A program made the position numbers and the translations under genes. Positions 23,337-35,845 of a stretch of DNA of 64,000 nucleotides are shown here, in pieces; position 1 is the stretch's first letter, and each line of letters begins with the position of its first letter. Source of the stretch: Camelus dromedarius (lineage: Eukaryota); assembly GCF_036321535.1 (NCBI RefSeq), contig NC_087437.1, positions 92,444,001 to 92,508,000 of the forward strand, in the 5' to 3' direction. The notes below the pieces were generated by a model that saw only the letters and a list, made by a program, of their open reading frames with translations, had not been told where the DNA came from and did not search any database.

Positions 23337-24458
23337 TCAACCTGGCAAATACTTTTACACACAGAACTTTTCCTATGGGTTGTATTATTTCTTCTTTAGG
23401 ATGAAGCCTAAAAAGATACTGTAGAATAAAATTAAGAGCCTTTGAAAACTTGACAGTGAACTGGATGAGAAAAGACTGGATGAGAAGTGAAGTTTCCAAA
23501 CATCAGAGTAACATTTCCTTTTAAGTGAAAGCACAGTAGTGAGAGACACTGTCCTACACACCCAAACACTGTGTGCCATCAGTCTGCCTGCAAACTCCAC
23601 ATCTTTCTCTGGAAGTCTCTCTCTCACAGTCTCAGAACATACTCCCTCAATCTGATACTGCTCTTCCCGGTGGCACTTGGTTTCCTACACAGAGCCAAGC
23701 CTCAGCTACTTTCAATGCTACACACCTCACTGAAAGCTTAGAAAAAGCACAAGTGAATTACAATCCAGATATTTTTAAATGTCACCTTAAATATGACTTC
23801 CTTAAGAATCCAAAGGCCCCATTCCTCCTCTAACATTTCCCACAGACAAGCAATTTTTCACTCAGCCTCGGGCTTGCTCTGTGGTAGAGGAAAGACAATC
23901 GCACTTGGTCAGCATTCTCATTCACAGTGAGGGAGACCCTGAGCATCGCAGCCTCCTGCTGCAGTTCAAGAACCCATCTCTCCAAGATTTAGAGAGAGTT
24001 ATCCCTTTACCCTTCACACCAATGTAGTCCTACCCTCCAAGTATGAATCTCCTGCCAGAAAATTAGCTTTGGCTCCAGGATAATCATCAGGAGACAGTAA
24101 ACACCGCCTCCAGCCTCAAGAGCATGGCTACAAAAGGAAATAAAAAATCCAGTCCAATCTCAAAACATTTGCAAAGGTCTGAGTTATGGTGTATGAAATA
24201 ACTCCACATACAGGATTTCACAGTATAATCCATATTGCGTTGCATAAAGCTTTGCTCTGCTTCTATTTGGTGTTCTCCAGGCTTTAGGTGAGGGGACAGC
24301 ATAGCTCTGTATGTCTTCTGCCAGCCTCTCCTTGTGATCACTCAAGTAACAGCACACAGAACCCTGAATAGGCATGTGATCATACACAGTCGTGGCAGAT
24401 GTGGAGAGGCGAGGTGTGACTCCATATTTTAAAACACAAGTATAGCTGGGAACATAAT
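23337..24458 (-). pseudogene. Fossil 1,122-nt exon
   Basis: Acceptor ctttccctctctag, phase 1>1, net in frame (track ORFs 24184-24489 and 23302-23499 share this frame): YVPSYTCVLKYGVTPRLS...ILERWVLELQQEAAMLRVSLTVNENADQVRLSFLYHRASPRLSEKLL...LFRLHPKEEIIQPIGKVLCVKVFARL; about a dozen stops. Confidence 0.78.
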
Positions 24459-24669
24459 CTAGAGAGGGAAAGTTGCTTAAAAAACACAACAGATTATTTT
24501 ACCAAACAGAACTCCATTTCTTAAGAAGATTCTTTGTTATTATTTAAGTAAAATGCCGATCATCTTTTCTGCCTTTAAAAAGAGAAATATTAGTTTAATT
24601 ATTGTACTTATATTTTCCTAAAAAGGATATAATATGTTTAAATGCTTAAATATTTTCTATTGAACATGC

Positions 24670-25125
24670 CAAAGAACAAGTGGCTTTAATAGTGTTTTCT
24701 CAGCTCCGTGTTTGTAGTTCAACAACACCCAATGTTTCTGTTCAGTTTCACTACTCAGTATAAATTTGCAACTTCAACCTGGTATTTACCAATTATCCAC
24801 CACCCTGACATCTAATTTTTTAAAATAATTTGAATTTCTAAATCACTTCAAAGCCTAATGGAACTCGAATGCCATTACAGCTGAAACCACTTAATAGGGC
24901 CTTGTTAATAAAGACAATCTAGTTAAATTAGGCACTTTCAGTGAACATATTTCATCTTGGCCACTTGATGTAATCCAAAATAATAATAATGGCTAATAAG
25001 TACAGCCTGATAACAGGAAATTTTCTCCATTAACCATTTGCCTGGGCTGTTGGGATTTTTCTACTTCAGAGTTAATAAGAGTCACTGATTTGAGAGATCC
25101 TATTATAAATTCTTACTTGTGGTTT
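24670..25125 (-). pseudogene. Fossil exon (ends approximate)
   Basis: EFIIGSLKSVTLINSEVEKSQQPRQMVNGENFLLSGCTY*PLLLFWITSSGQDEICSLKVP/IVFINKALLSGFSCNGIRVPLGFEVI/DVRVVDNW*IPG*SCKFILSSETEQKHWVLLNYKHGAEKTLLKPLVL. Confidence 0.6.
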
Positions 25126-25218
25126 ACAGAGAAGAAAACAAGCACTCATAATGCAGTGATATCAGTATAATTTAAGTATGTGTACAAAAGTCTGTTCAGT
25201 AAGATATAACTGCTTTAC

Positions 25219-25711
25219 TCCTTCCCAGAAAACTAAACATAGATCCTTCTTAAAACAGGTCACTCCTATTCATATTTTAGTTCTATTAACAATCAGAATT
25301 GGAAATATCACAAACTCTCATTAACTCTATATTACATGGGTAAAACACTCTGCAAATTGTCCAATATCATAGTTATCAATTTTGAGATATTCAGAAAAAA
25401 ATATTACACGGTTATAGAACAGCTAACAATTTCAAAAAATTATAAAGATTGAAAAACAACAAGCCATATTAGAGTTAGTATTTTTTCTCTCTCTTCAGGG
25501 TAATTTAGTCAAACATTAAGCTGTTTTTCCTAAACAGTGTGACACTTTACTTAAGTGTATTTTATATTCTCTGTACAAGTAGGATAAAGATATTTCACTC
25601 GTAGTTCAAAAAATTTTTTGCTGAATATTGTAATAGCCTATTAATTTTCTTGTTCCAAAAGTTCTTCAATCTTTAAACCAATTTGTACAGCCAATTTCTT
25701 ACCAGATTGAT
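25219..25711 (-). pseudogene. Fossil exon, 3' part (5' side abuts L2 tail)
   Basis: NQSGKKLAVQIGLKIEELLEQEN**AITIFSKKFFELRVKYLYPTC.../SEYLKIDNYDIGQFAECFYPCNIELMRVCDIS...; donor gtaaag; no acceptor at the L2 junction. Confidence 0.55.
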
Positions 25712-25811
25712 TCTTTCATTCATTTCTTCAATATTTATCAAGTACAAACTACATGTCAAATATTATGTTATGCTTTATTAACATAAATATGGATTATGCC
25801 AAATTTTCCAT

Positions 25812-26320
25812 TGTCAGTTTGGCATTATTCTGCCTATTCTATATTCTCTCCAGTAGGGGAGAAGCCCAGAACTATATTTGTCTGAATTCTTTTACACAAT
25901 TGTTCTGGGTTAGATCTACCAGTGAGAGGTTCTGTAATGAGATCTGTGGGAGAAAAATAAGCCATTTTTTCTATAGTTGTGCTGTGCTCAGGCAGATCAT
26001 CTGCCTGAGATCATCTACAATGCCTTCTCCTGGTTTTCAGGGGTCCTTCTGGAAATCACTTACTGTGAGCATCCAGCTAATATCTCTTGTGTAGATTTCC
26101 CTTGGATTCCAAATTGGTAAGGCAGGTTACTCTGGAAAATCATTCACTATGGGGGTATAGGTGGCTGATACCACTAGGTGAAGCTTGCCAGCATTTTTTT
26201 GTACTTTAAGATATCTTGGAAAAGACTTTTCTGATCTTATGCTCCAAACTTCCCAAAGGTTGTATAATTTCTAATTCCTGATTTAAATAATTTTCTACTT
26301 CTGCTTTAGGCTAAGACACA
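25812..26320 (+). mobile_element. Old ERVL LTR (LTR33-like)
   Basis: tgtcagttt...gaagcccagaactatattt...ttctgggttagatctaccagtgagagg...aatttctaattcctg. Confidence 0.55.
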
Positions 26321-26399
26321 GAAACATGAAATAAATGTACTCTGTCATCTGAAATACATTTTAAAAACTAAAGAAAATATAAAATATGTTTTTTTTCAA

Positions 26400-29300
26400 G
26401 GATTACATTTCAGGCAGTCCAAAACAATAATCCTTGAGAGACAGAAAACAAACAAAATCCTATAACTGCCTCACATTTATGTCTAGAGAGAATTTTCTAG
26501 CCATAGTCCAGGGAAGGGAAACACAGGTGGAGACTGGTAGTTTCCCTGAGTTAAGAATATAGAGATGTATTCCCAAACTTATCACAAACATGGTGGCTTG
26601 AGTATAGCATACTAAAGAGAAGAGACTTACACCATCTCTCTGGAGGCTGCTACAGAGATCTACAGAGGATTCTTTCTGAGTCTTTAGCTTACTAAGGATG
26701 AGTGCATGTATTTGAGAAAATTACCTAAGAGCTACCTGAGAGGAGCATGTAGAGCTATCCCCAGAACTTATATAGGACTGTAAATAGTTTATGTTCCCAA
26801 CTGCCTGAGTGCAAAAATCTTGTAATGCACAAAACTTTATGGAGAGTACTCAGAATGATCTTTTCACAGTAGTAGGAACTTAAAAAGAAAGGCCTGGAAT
26901 AAAGACTTCTCTGATCCTACCTAACAAAGTTTAAAAGCAGTCCTCAAAAGAGTCATACTGTTTTCAAAGAACTGTCCCACAATGAAGCACAAGAATATTT
27001 ATAAGAATAGAAAAATAATCCCAAACCCAAAAAGGTATAATTTACAGTGTCTGAGGTTGAATAAAAAATTATCAGGTATTAAAATAAAGCAGAAAAATAT
27101 GATCCATAATGAGAAGAGACATCAGTTAACTGATACTGACCCAGAAATGACATAGCTCCTTATGGTTTCACTGGAGAATTCTGTCAAACATTTATAGAAG
27201 AAACAGTACCAATTCCACTCAAACTTTTTTTTAAAGGAGTGTAAAAAAATAAATAAAGAAAGAATAAATGGGACAAACAAAAAACAGCCAGATGGTAGAA
27301 TTAATTCCAACCATAACAATAATCACATTAAATATATATGGCCCACACACTACAATTAAATAACAGAGACCGTATTCTGCCTACAAAACAATTCTAAATT
27401 TAAAGACAATATAGGTTAAAAATGAAAGGATAAATGTTAACTGTATTAATACTAATCAAAAGAATGCTGTAATACTTATATTAATATCAGACAAACTAGA
27501 TGTCAAGAGTAAAGAATATCTCCATGGATATAGAAAAACAATATATAAATTTGAATGGGACAGTTAATTGAGAAGATACAGCAATGTAAAATGCTTAACA
27601 CCAATAGGAGAGCTTTCAAAAAACATGAAACAAAACCAGTAAAACTGAAAGGATAAGTACAAAAATCCACAATTATAGTAGATTTCAAAACTTTCGACAA
27701 TTGATAGAATGAACTGACAAAAAATTAGTAACGACACAAATAACTTGAAGAACACTATCAACCGATATGATCTAATTAATATTTATAAAATATGCAACAA
27801 TAGTGGAATACATTTTTTTCAAATTCACATAAAATACTTAGTAAGATTGACCACAAAACTAATTCTAAGAAATGTAATACTATCCAAATCATACAAACTA
27901 TGTTATCTGACTATATTGGAAATAAATTAAAGATTGATACAGAATGGTGTATTTTTAAAATATGCAACTTTTTGAAGACATTAATTAACATACTTCCAAA
28001 TAACATGTACCAAAAAATACTTTGAACAAAATTCTAAAGATAACAAAATGTACAGAAGTTTAAAGGAATACATCTAAAACAATATTCAGATTAAAATTTA
28101 CAGCAATAAATGTCTACATGAGAAAAGTAGAAAGGTCTCAAATCAATGACATCAAATTTCATCTTAAGAAACTGGAAAAAGAAGTGCAAATTAAAATCAA
28201 ATTAAACAGTATGAAGAAAATAATAATGAGACAAAACAGCAATGTATAAAATAAAAATCAGAAAAAAATTAAAAACTAAATTAAAAAACTAGCACTTTGA
28301 GAAGATCAATAACTTTGATAAAATCATTTTCAGACTGATTAGGAGAAAAGGGGGAAAAGTCTTTCTGTAAGAGGAGCCCAAAGACACTAATAAAAGTCAT
28401 TTTTTTCTGTAAGATGAGCCACATAAACTATATTAATTTATATTAATTCCTCATGAATGTAAATGAAAACACTTAAAATTTTAACAAATTAAATACACAT
28501 GACTAAAATAATATATCATGACCAACTAGAATTTACCCCAATAATTCAAAGTTGATTTACCATTAAAAATTAATCAATGAAATTCATGATATAAACAGCA
28601 AATAAAAGTAATTATATAGAATAATCTCAATAGAAGCAGAAGTATCATTTGACAAAATCTAACATCAATTAATGATGCAAATTCTTAGTAAATAGGAGTA
28701 GAAGGAAATTTACCCAGCCTATAAAAGGCAACAAAGATAGATAGGTAGGTAGGTAGGTGGGTGGGTAGATAGATAGATAGATAGATATAATACTGGTGGT
28801 ATAGCTAGCTAGCTGGAATATTGGTGAGGATGGGGAGCAACTAAACTTTCTTACGTTGCTGTTTGGAATTTAAAATGTTAAAATCACTTTGGAAAATAAT
28901 TTGGCAGTTTCTTAAAAACATAAACTTATACCTACCTCAGAATTCTGCCTTTCCAATCCTAGATATTTATACAATGTAAATGAAAGCATATGTTCTCACA
29001 AGGGGCGTACTTAAATGTTTATAACAATTTTATTTTTAATAAACATTCCTCAATAGTAAATGGATAAACTACCTGTGGAATATCCATATGATGAAATCCT
29101 ACTCAGGGATAAAGAGGAATGAACTATGAAAACATGCAACAGCATGGACAGTATCAAAAAATGCAGAATGAAATTATGCTAAATGAAAGAAGCAAGACTA
29201 AAGAGTGCTAATATATGATTCAATTTATATAAAATTCAGGAAAAATGCAAACAAACCTGTAATGATAGAACACAGATCTGCATTGTCTACTGATAGGAGT

Positions 29301-29460
29301 AGATGGTGGGGTTGATGAAGGAATGTATCACAAAGGGGCATAAGATATCCTTTGGGTGTGTTAGTATACTCATTATCTTAAATTTTTGGAGGGTCTCACT
29401 GGTGTATACATATGCCAAAACTCATGAAATTGTACACTTTTTATCTCCATAAAGTTGAAA
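26400..29460 (+). mobile_element. Old, internally deleted L1M element
   Basis: A-rich; degenerate ORF2 endonuclease/RT motifs (atattaatatcagacaaa, tcaatagaagcagaagtatcatttgacaaaatc) and L1M 3' UTR. Confidence 0.85.
28735..28790. repeat. (GATA/GGTA)n tetranucleotide repeat
   Basis: gatagataggtaggtaggtaggtgggtgggtagatagatagatagata. Confidence 0.9.
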
Positions 29461-29875
29461 AAGAAATTTGACTGAAAAACTTTGTCCTCTATTCTCCTGT
29501 TTCAACGTTTACTAATAGAGAATCATTGATCTCATATAACTTAGAATCTAGTAGAAGTCAGAAATGTAAAAAGCTACATACACTAAACTGTGTACAACAC
29601 AATATATTACAATAGCAGTCTGAAGACTATGAACACATGCAACTAGTTTCTAAAATTAAATGGCCAATAGGGACACAGTGAGTAGCTCGGCATAGCTGAC
29701 ATGGAGGGGAAGAGGAGAATATAGAAAAAACACGAACCTCAGGAGGTAAATATGAAACCAATCATGAGCAGCCTTTTTGTACTAGGAATGTCTATAGGTG
29801 TTAAGAAGTCATACAGGATGTTTACAGGAAAGCAACATAAGGGTATATATCAAAACACACGTGGAAAGATTAACC

Positions 29876-30453
29876 GTAGTTTAGAAACTTTTGGCTGTAC
29901 ATGACAGAAAATCAAACTCAAATGGTCATAGACAAATAAGTTTGAAAAACTTAATTGGCTTACATATTGAAAAATGGCTTACATAAAAAAAAAAAATCAG
30001 CTAAATCATTGCTTGATCCAGAGACTAAAATGATGTCTCTGATGTCTCTGGATAGGGTTTTGTTCCATTATTTTGCTCTTCAATCTTCCAAGCTGACTCC
30101 CTTCTCAGTCTCCATTTAGTATTAAGATGACCTACTAAGAGTTACCATTCTATAAATTCCAAGATGCAAAATCAGTGGGAAAAAGTCTATGAGTCCTTTC
30201 CAAAAGTCCTACCAAACAGTTGACTTTCAGTAGCTTCAATTGAGTCAACAGTTCATGGATAAATTATTTAGTTCAAGACTGTGCAGTATTCTGATTGCCT
30301 AACTTGAAAATAAGTCATATATCCACCTGTTACTGTGAGGCTGGGATGGAATTGTTGCACACAGAGAAATTTTGGATAATGTTAGCAGATATAGTGAAAT
30401 GAAATGTAAACGGCAAAAAAAAAAAAAAAACCCAAAACAAACAAAACATTATA
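29876..30453 (-). mobile_element. Old MLT1 LTR
   Basis: tagtttagaaacttttggctgtacatgacagaaaatcaaactcaaatgg...ttaattggcttacat, typical antisense MLT1J/K/L layout. Confidence 0.65.
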
Positions 30454-30592
30454 GGGATAAGTAAAAGCTTCCTCTGAGGAAAAAAAATGTGTAATGAGTG
30501 CATGTCTAAAGGTATTTATAGCTCCAGAGGTGATTAACTGTGGGATTCCTTTTCTTGGTGTTCTCTGAGAAGCGGAGATGACAAATATTCCC
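30454..30592 (-). pseudogene. Fossil exon fragment between MLT1 and L2
   Basis: Open frame IFVISASQRTPRKGIPQLITSGAINTFRHALITHFFSSEEAFTYP in unique sequence. Confidence 0.5.
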
Positions 30593-31425
30593 AAAAAATA
30601 TTTATTGAGTGTCCGCTGAGAGCTAATCATTTTTGCTGTCTACTAAAGACACTAAATCAAACAAGATGTGGTGCCTGTCCTCAGTAAATGTATAGCTTAG
30701 TGTTAGAAATAAGCAAGTTTATTAAATGCTACAGAAAAGTTTGCAAGGGATCATAGGAGCCCAAGGATGAGCTTCAAAATCATATTGGGAGTTTGCAATA
30801 TTGTTGCTTCAGCCATATTTCGAAGGCAAGAGTTAATTAAATGAAATAATATTACAAAGTGGGGATAACAAGAATATTACAGCAGAAGTATCAATGGTAA
30901 GAGGGATGTGGAAATGGTTAAAGCTTTGGTATATTAAGGGCACACATGTAGAAAATAGTGGAGTATGGGAATAAAAGAGTAAATAAAGTCAGACATATAG
31001 ACAGGGTGCATATCAACAAGAAGTCTATATACTGTGCTAAGAAGTTTGAAGCTTTTATGGCAAACATTGTAGCCCTACCAAGTAATTGCAGTGAGAAAAG
31101 ATATAATCAGAGCTATATTATTGAAAGACCCTTCTGGTAAGTAAATGGAAAACAGATTGGAAGAGGTCCAGAGTGTCAACAGGAAGATTCCCTAAAAGGT
31201 TCTGGCAATAATTAAGATAAGTGACAGTAAGAGCCAGGAAAATGGAAATGAGGCAGTCAAGCACGTATTAAGGTAAAAGCTTCACAGGAAAATTGAGGCA
31301 TTGGTGATTTTTGCCTGGATGGGATTGTGAAGTGAACGAAAGAGTGTAAAGGAAAAAAATATTGTGATTTTAAGTTTTATGTCCTGTAAGGAGGAGGAAA
31401 TGTGGTACTATTTAATAAGAACAAA
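30593..31425 (-). mobile_element. L2 3' fragment
   Basis: aaatatttattgagtgtcc...gtgcctgtcctcag followed by L2 body. Confidence 0.7.
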
Positions 31426-31429
31426 AAAT

Positions 31430-31666
31430 TAGCTGAATTACTGTTATTCTGCATTTATCACTTAGAATCTGGAAACCCAACAGTGGTAACCTTTTAGTTA
31501 TTTCCTTAACAATAACGTGTCTTCTTGCCTTTGTGTGTCCAGGTTTAGGATTCATCTTTTACTAAAGTTATATACTTGTTTTAGCCTGAAAAATCTCACC
31601 TATGTAAAGTTCCAGCTGAGGGGCTGAGTTCCTGACATTGTATCTCCATGGACTGGAATCTTATTC
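31430..31666 (-). pseudogene. Fossil exon/fragment
   Basis: Acceptor ctccatcctttag, phase 0: E*DSSPWRYNVRNSAPQLELYIGEIFQAKTSI*L**KMNPKPGHTKARRHVIVKEITKRLPLLGFQILSDKCRI; an internal strong donor (AG|gtgaga, ~31600) is an alternative end. Confidence 0.55.
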
Positions 31667-31699
31667 CTAAAGGATGGAGATCATAGTCAAACAGAGAAT

Positions 31700-32400
31700 G
31701 TTATGAGCAGAATCAAAAGTACAAAGGCCTAAAATATGAATGGGCATCAATCTTTCAATACATCTAAAGAAATATTTTGGTGCAAGAGTTTGAGAGGTGG
31801 TATCTAGGTGTGGACTGGTTGTCTTTTTAAGAATATAAGACATCTGGGCATCCATATGAATAAAGTAAGAGCAATTATCAGAGGGAAACTTACTGAAAAT
31901 GTATGAGAGAGTTAACGTAATTGGAGGAACACAATTCTTCCTCAGTCTACCATAAAGGCAAAGAGACTTTAAAAAATAAAGGAATAGCTGATGTTGCAGA
32001 GAAATTTTCAGATGGACTAAAAGGAAATTGCAAGGACTCATTTTGAGTGTCTGCAGTCTTACTGGCTGAGTAGGAATGAAGGTCATTCAGCTATATATTG
32101 TTCTACTGAAATGTGCGGGAAGCTGAGAATTACATACCTAGGGATAATGTTCTGCATTTCAGTTAACAAAATCTCTTGTACCAATCTGCTTTAACAGCAA
32201 TCTAGCTGAAAAAATCTTTGTGTTCTGCTTTGCTGCAAGATCAATATGAGCCAAAATGATAGCATGACAACTAATATAACATTGAGCAAAATAACATAAG
32301 TCTAGAGTCCAGATAAAGAGGGTAATCATCCTACTGAAATCAGCATTGTTCAAGGCCACAACTGGATAGTTCTGTTTCATGATGGGCTCTGAAATTTACT
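31700..32400 (+). mobile_element. L3/CR1 LINE fragment
   Basis: RT C-terminal remnants: tcaatatgagccaaaatgat...ggtaatcatcctactg...aggccacaactggatagttctgtttc. Confidence 0.55.
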
Positions 32401-32609
32401 CAAGATTCAGTTTTTTTCTTACAGTTATAGTAATACGCTCTTTGTGAAAAAGTTTGGAAAAACTTAAATCATTCAGATGACTCTGAAATCATTTTCTTCA
32501 TTGAATGTGTTTTTTTTTTTCTGGGAATATTTGACGGATATTTGCTTTACAATAATCCAAAATTATGTACCCAAAGACATTTGTCCAAAAACAGACAGAC
32601 AGTATGTTC

Positions 32610-32851
32610 ACAGTTAATGCCCTTCTACAAGAGACTCTAGAGAGTTCCTTCAGTATTTCCACCATGTGAGGAGGGCATAACAAGAAGACACCAATCTATG
32701 AACCAGGAAGTGGCACTCACCAGACAATGCATATGTCAGTACCTTGATCTTGGATTTCCAGGCCTTCAGAACTGTTAAAAATAAATTTCTCTTATTGTTA
32801 AATCAACCAGTTTATGGTAGTCTGTGATAGCAGTCAGAACAGTCTAAGACA
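32610..32851 (+). mobile_element. MaLR LTR 3' half (MLT1A/B-like)
   Basis: ccatgtgagga...tctatgaaccaggaagtggcactcaccagac...ccttgatcttggatttcca...ctaagaca. Confidence 0.8.
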
Positions 32852-33443
32852 TAACCCCCAAATCAATACTTACCATGTATTTTCAGTCACTTGTGGGCAT
32901 GCACAAAGATATGAAATATTTGAGTCTCTGAGATGCATGTTCCCAGATGAGTCAAATGAACTGACACTCTGCCCTCCTGTTTCAGTTCTCATACAGTAAA
33001 AAGTGCCTTTTCCATGGCTTATTTAAGTGTCTCATTTTAGTGTCGTATTTTACATGTTTTTGCTCCTCATTGGTGATGTTGCTGTTTAAAGTGCCCCCCA
33101 ACTGTAGTGCTAAAGGGCTGCTAAGTATTCCTAAGAATAAGGAGGCTGGAATGTGCCTTACAGAGAAAATACATGTGCTTGACAAGCTTCAATCAAGCAC
33201 AAGCTATGGTGCTGTTGGCTATGAGTTCAATGTTAATGTATCAACAATATATATTAAAGTGTCTTTAAAGAGAAACACACGTAAAACAGGTTAAATATTG
33301 ACAAGTTGATGAAAATGTGACCACAGGCTCACAAGAACTGAATCCTGTATCTCTCTTTGAAAAAAGTGGTTTAGTATGCACTAATCCAGTGTTTACAAAA
33401 AAACTTTTAGAGCTTAACTACTGCGAAAAATGAGAATCAACTG
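32852..33443. mobile_element. TcMar-Tigger MITE (MER82-like)
   Basis: taacccccaaatcaatact...tttgagtc...ttcccagatgagtc; terminus taactactgcgaaaaatgagaatcaactg. Confidence 0.8.
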
Positions 33444-33479
33444 TTACAGCTTTAACAGTATCATTACCAGTATCTTCCA

Positions 33480-34660
33480 TGTTACTTACACTACTTTTCT
33501 TTCTTTTCTGTCTCTTTGTTTTATTCGGGACATTTTCTTCTGATTTATAGTCCAGTTTTAACCTGATGTTGAATTCTTAATCTACTTACCTTACAGTTTG
33601 GTCCCAGAATAGCTATAATTTTTCATGTTTCCTTTTATATAGTTTTAATTTACTTGGAAATTTCTCAATCTTGTCTTTTGTTTTCTTGAATATATTAAAC
33701 TTAATTTTTCTTTCAAAATCTATATCTGATAATTCCAAATAACAGCAGTTGTCATGGGTCTGTTTCTATTGGTTATTGTTTCACCTGGGTCTCACTCATT
33801 CGTCTTATCTCACTGGATGCCTAGTTATTTTTTATTTTTACGATTATTGTTTGCAAGACATTGTATTTGAAAAATTACAAAAATGATGTAAGACCTAGGA
33901 TGATGTTATATTATTTCAGATAGAATTTTTTTATTTGCCTCTCACAGGCTCCTGGGAATATAGATATGTCCTACTACCTGAATTCAAATTTAAAGATTGA
34001 GATGATTCAAATTTGGGCAATAGTCCCTGTGGAAATTGGACTACTTAAGATGCACTGTTATTTTTGCTGAACTCTTCTTTGGTGTCCTTGGAAAGAACTA
34101 GCATTCAGATTGTATCCTTCAAGCCCAGGAGGCTGACAAAAGTACTATGCAAATTATGAAAGCATTCTTAGTCTCTCAACCATCAATCGTGATATCAGCA
34201 GCCTTTCCTAGGTGAAAAGTGGCTCCAAACATCAGACTTATCTCTCAATTTCCATCTTACATCAGATATTGACTTTAAAAAGGCTTTGTTTAAACATATA
34301 TATTTTGTTCAGAGTAACAAACTTAGTACAAATTCCCTAGTCAGTTATTACTGGAAGCCTCCTTAAATTTTTAATCATTACTTCTAGATCCTCTATTTAG
34401 CTAATTATCAAATTTGTTTAGTTAAGTTTAATAATTTTATTAGCATTTATCTTCACTTATATTTTCATTCAGATTAAAATATGTATTTTATATTCTATGA
34501 CTAATTATCCCCTGTGAGTCACTTATTATTGTTATTTCTGATGACTCCTGATCATGTTGGCTTATGTGTTTTTGGGTTCAGTGATTATTTAACTTGTATT
34601 TTTTGAAAACTATTCAGAGGAATTCTATTATATTTGTATTTAAATTGTATTACTAAATGG
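33480..34660 (-). mobile_element. Old L1M fragment(s)
   Basis: T-rich antisense L1-like sequence; heavily decayed. Confidence 0.5.
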
Positions 34661-34996
34661 ACATTTTGATTTGATCCAGCACTTTTCTTTTTCTATATAG
34701 CAGTATAATGAAAAGTGCTAATACTTAAACATCTGTCTACAGATTTAATTATTTTTCATAGAACAAAATCCTATATTTGGGATTACTGGGTCAAAGTAGT
34801 GAATATTACTTTTTAATATGTATTACCAAATTTATGCTCTAAAGGTCACTGTAATTTATATTGCAGCAATATTTGGGCCCTGTACTTTAAGATGAATGCT
34901 GGCAAAATTACTTATTCTGAAAAAGGCAGCTATGATGATGGTAGGACTGAAGCCCAAGCTCCATATAAAAAAATAAAAGAATATTAGTTTATATAC

Positions 34997-35072
34997 TGTT
35001 GTATGTTTTCGCCTGCTAACTTTGTCAAACATAAGTCTAGGCAATAAACACGCCAAGTTTATGGTACGTTCC
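34997..35072 (-). pseudogene. Possible small fossil exon
   Basis: 76 nt, phase 2>0, open: ERTINLACLLPRLMFDKVSRRKHTT; phases fit both neighbours; splice signals weak. Confidence 0.5.
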
Positions 35073-35099
35073 CTTTGTATGTATTGATTAATCTACTTG

Positions 35100-35845
35100 C
35101 TTATTCATTTAATAATATTTTCTGAGTGACTAATATATGTCAGGCAATAAACTGAACATGAGGGATTCAACTACAAGCTATTATGAAATTTATAGCCTAG
35201 CAGAGGAGACTTTTAATAAGCAAGTTAAAAACAAAATGTATAAAATGAAGGAAAAAAAAAAGGTACGAAGCACGAGAGAAGGGACTTTTGTTGGCTTGCT
35301 TATCTAGAGTAGTTAAGGCAAGTCTCTTGTACTAAGAGTCATTTAGGTGTGTGTAGGTAATGTATAGAAATCAACCCCCAGAAAAAGTACAAAGATCTTA
35401 AAGAAAATAACTACATGGTGGCAAACTTATTGATAGAGTAACATAAGGCAACTTTGCAAAAGAAAAGTAGTGACTAAGCCAAGCAAAATTCTGTAGAACA
35501 AGGTAAGGAATTTGGATTTAATTCTCAGGACACCAAAATATTTCTGAATTTGTTTTTTTTTTTTTTCTCAGCAGATTTATCTCACAAGCTGACATATTTT
35601 CAAACATGTACTCTACATTTTTGAAAAGACTGGCTTGTAGACCACCAAGAGTGGAAGCAGCAAGATAAAGGAGGAAATTGTTGAAGTAGTCTAGTTGAGA
35701 GATGGTGATGGTTTAGAATGCAGAGCTGGTAGAGGAATCAAGAGAAATGAATATATTCAAGATATACTTTAGAAGTATATACAATAAAACTAAATGATAG
35801 ACTGGATAAGGGAGTGAGGAAAAAGGAAGCATCAGGAATGACTTT
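35100..35845 (-). mobile_element. L2 (interrupted by young L1)
   Basis: ttcatttaataatattttctgagtgactaatatatgtcaggca tail; body resumes after 37224. Confidence 0.75.

Larger units (their letters stand above)
25712..29870 (-). mobile_element. L2 interrupted by nested LTR and L1
   Basis: Tail-like ttcattcatttcttcaatatttatcaag at ~25715; L2-like body resumes after ~29500. Confidence 0.5.

Noticed and set aside
31667..32380. Minus-strand ORFs of 139 and 73 aa
   Set aside because: They lie antisense to an L3/CR1 remnant and the translations are not protein-like.
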